64,000 nucleotides of DNA from Spironucleus salmonicida (taxonomy: Eukaryota): NCBI RefSeq assembly GCF_000497125.1, contig NC_090596.1, positions 1,736,001-1,800,000 of the forward strand, given 5' to 3'. Below the pieces are notes generated by a model. It had not been told where the DNA came from, did not search any database, and saw only the letters and a list, made by a program, of their open reading frames with translations. Each line of letters begins with the position of its first letter. The stretch's first letter is position 1. This document shows positions 61,805 through 64,000 of this stretch, one piece after another. Both the position numbers and the translations under genes were made by a program.

Positions 61805-64000
61805 ATGTCTGAAACTTAAATGAAGGTCGCTACTTCCGAAGATCTTAACAAACTTATGGACATGGCTTTAGAGTCCCACTTTGAATTCCTTAAACTTAAC
61901 TAGGAATAAGTCAACAAGATCTTTTATGCTGCATCTTTTGCTGCAAATTCTGCTCGTATCCCTCTTGCTTAATAGGCTGTTATTGATACTGGTATGGGTG
62001 TTGTTGAAGACAAGGTTATCAAGAATAACTATGCTTCTGAATACATCTTTAATAGATATAAAAATGAGAAGACTGTTGGTTTGATTTCTGAAGATAAAAT
62101 CAACGGTAAGGCCACTTATGCTGAACCATTAGGTATCTTGGCTGGTATTATCCCCACCACCAATCCTACTTCTACTGTTATCTTCAAGTGCTTGATCGCT
62201 CTTAAGACACGTAATTGTATAGTTATTTCACCTCATCCTCGTGCTGCTAAATGTTCTATTGAGGCTGCTCGTATTGTACGTGATGCTGCTATAGCTAATG
62301 GTGCTCCTAAAAACTGTATTAGCTGGATTACTGATCCATCTGTCGCTCTTTCTGGAGAACTTATGAAGCATAAACTTACCTCATGTATTCTTGCTACTGG
62401 TGGTCCAGCTATGGTAACTGCTGCTTACTCTTCTGGAAATCCTGCCTTAGGTGTTGGCCCAGGTAACAACTGCGCTATCATTGATGAGCTATGCAATATT
62501 AAGGATGCAGTTTCTTCTATAATTTTATCAAAGACTTTTGATAATGGTATGATCTGTGCTTCTGAGTAATCTTGCGTGGTTGTTGATTCTGTCTATGAAT
62601 AAATCAAGGAGGAATTCAAGTATCGTGGTTGCTTCTTCCTTAATAAGGAGGAAACTGCAAAAATAGGTGACTTCTGTCTTCCTATTAACCCTAAGACTGG
62701 CATCAGAGGTTTGAATCCAGCAGCTGTTGGCTAACCTGCTCGTAAGATTGCTGAAATGGCTGGTGTTTCCGTTCCCGCCGAACATCCTTGTAAAGTTCTC
62801 ATTGGTGAGGATACGAATGATCACATTGGTCATACACATGCCATGAGTCTTGAAAAGCTTGCTCCAGTTTTAGGTATGTTCAAGGCCAAAAATTTCGACG
62901 AAGCATTAGAGGTAGCTTCCAAGTGTATCCATATGGCAGGTAAAGGTCATACTGGTTCCATCCATACTGCTTTTGAGGCTTAAGACCGTATCAATAAATT
63001 TGCCCAGGTTGTTTAAGCCGGTCGTTTAATTGTCAATTAACCTTCTGCCCATGGTGGTATTGGCGATTTATATAACTTCACCCTTGATCCTACCTTGACT
63101 ATTGGTTGCGGTTCCCACGGTGGTAACTCCGTATCTCAGAACGTTGGCTGCCAGCATTTACTCAATTATAAAAATGTAGTTGTTAAACGTGAAAATTGCC
63201 TCTGGTTCAAATCCCCACCTAAGATCTACTTCAAATATGGTTGCCTTACCGAAGCCATCAAAGATCTTTATCACTTCAAGAGATGTTTTATTATAACTGA
63301 TAAAATCTTATTCGATCTTGGATATACTGACAACATTATCAAACCTCTCGAAGCCAAAGGTATTAAAACAACAATATTCTCTGAAGTAGCCCCTGACCCA
63401 GATCTTGCCTGTTGTAGCTCTTGTTTGAAGTTGGTTAAGGCTTTCAAACCTGACTGCTTTATCGCCCTTGGTGGTGGTTCTGCTATGGATCTCATGAAGA
63501 TGGTACGTTTGCAATACGAACATGGTGATGCTGATTTCATCGGACTCGCCTAACGTTTCGCAGATATCAGGAAGCGTATTTATGAGTTCCCTGAATTACT
63601 TGACCTTAAGAAGGTTAAGACTTATTCCGTATGTATCCCTACTTCTTCTGGTACTGGGGCTGAGGTTACTCCTTTCGCAGTTATTACTGATAACACCATT
63701 GGTGTTAAGTACCCTCTTGCTGATTACATGCTCGTTCCTCAAATGGCAATCGTTGACTCATCTCTTGCTATGACCATGCCAAGATTCCTTGCTGCATGGA
63801 CTGGCGTTGACGCTCTTACTCACGCTATCGAATCCTATGTGTCCCTTTTGGCCACTGAATTCACTTAACCATTGTCATTATAGGCCATGAAGCTTATCTT
63901 CCAGTATCTCCCTGAATCTTGCAACAAGGTTACTAAGGAATCTCGTGAAGCTATTCATCATGCTGCTACAATTGCTGGTATGGCTTTTGGTAATGCTTTC
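61805..64000 (+). CDS. adhE: Bifunctional acetaldehyde-CoA/alcohol dehydrogenase (5' part; runs off the window)
   Basis: TGMGVVEDKVIKN, PTTNPTST, ILATGGP, SKTFDNGMICASEQ, EKL, LTIGCGSHGGNS, ALGGGSAMD, PTSSGTGAEVTPFAVI, DALTHAIE. Confidence 0.97.

Noticed and set aside
1-64000. Prokaryotic or phage origin, CRISPR arrays, transposons, rRNA or tRNA genes
   Set aside because: Gene content is eukaryotic (Ndc80, IFT22, GCP, FYVE, E2). No repeat-spacer array, transposase/RT motif or structured RNA was recognised by eye.

Overview
This window is eukaryotic DNA that uses a variant genetic code: TAA and TAG encode Gln and TGA is the only stop (table 6). The supplied standard-code ORF track therefore shows only fragments and shadows. 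Re-read by hand with TAR=Gln, the window is an almost gap-free array of about 45 apparently intronless genes with mostly 0-120 bp spacers. The code, compactness, AGTGA stop/polyadenylation overlap and a bacterial-type AdhE point to a hexamitid diplomonad (Spironucleus/Hexamita/Trepomonas-like); this is an inference. Products recognised from motifs: RCHY1/Pirh2-like ligase, SUN-domain protein, aldo-keto reductase, Ndc80, IFT22, TTC5-like, Shulin/DNAAF9-like, HBS1-like GTPase, TatD, ASNSD1-like, ZNF277-like, FYVE protein, GCP4-like, SAM protein, Rab5IF/EMC6-like, EF-hand proteins, Pho80-type cyclin, PEX4-like E2, Dus, REEP/Yop1-like and the 5' part of AdhE, plus several large Gln-rich coiled-coil proteins. 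I saw no rRNA, tRNA, CRISPR array or mobile element. Product calls come from recalled motifs, not database searches. Most genes were checked at their ends and for frame consistency, and the longest ORFs were only spot-checked for internal TGA.
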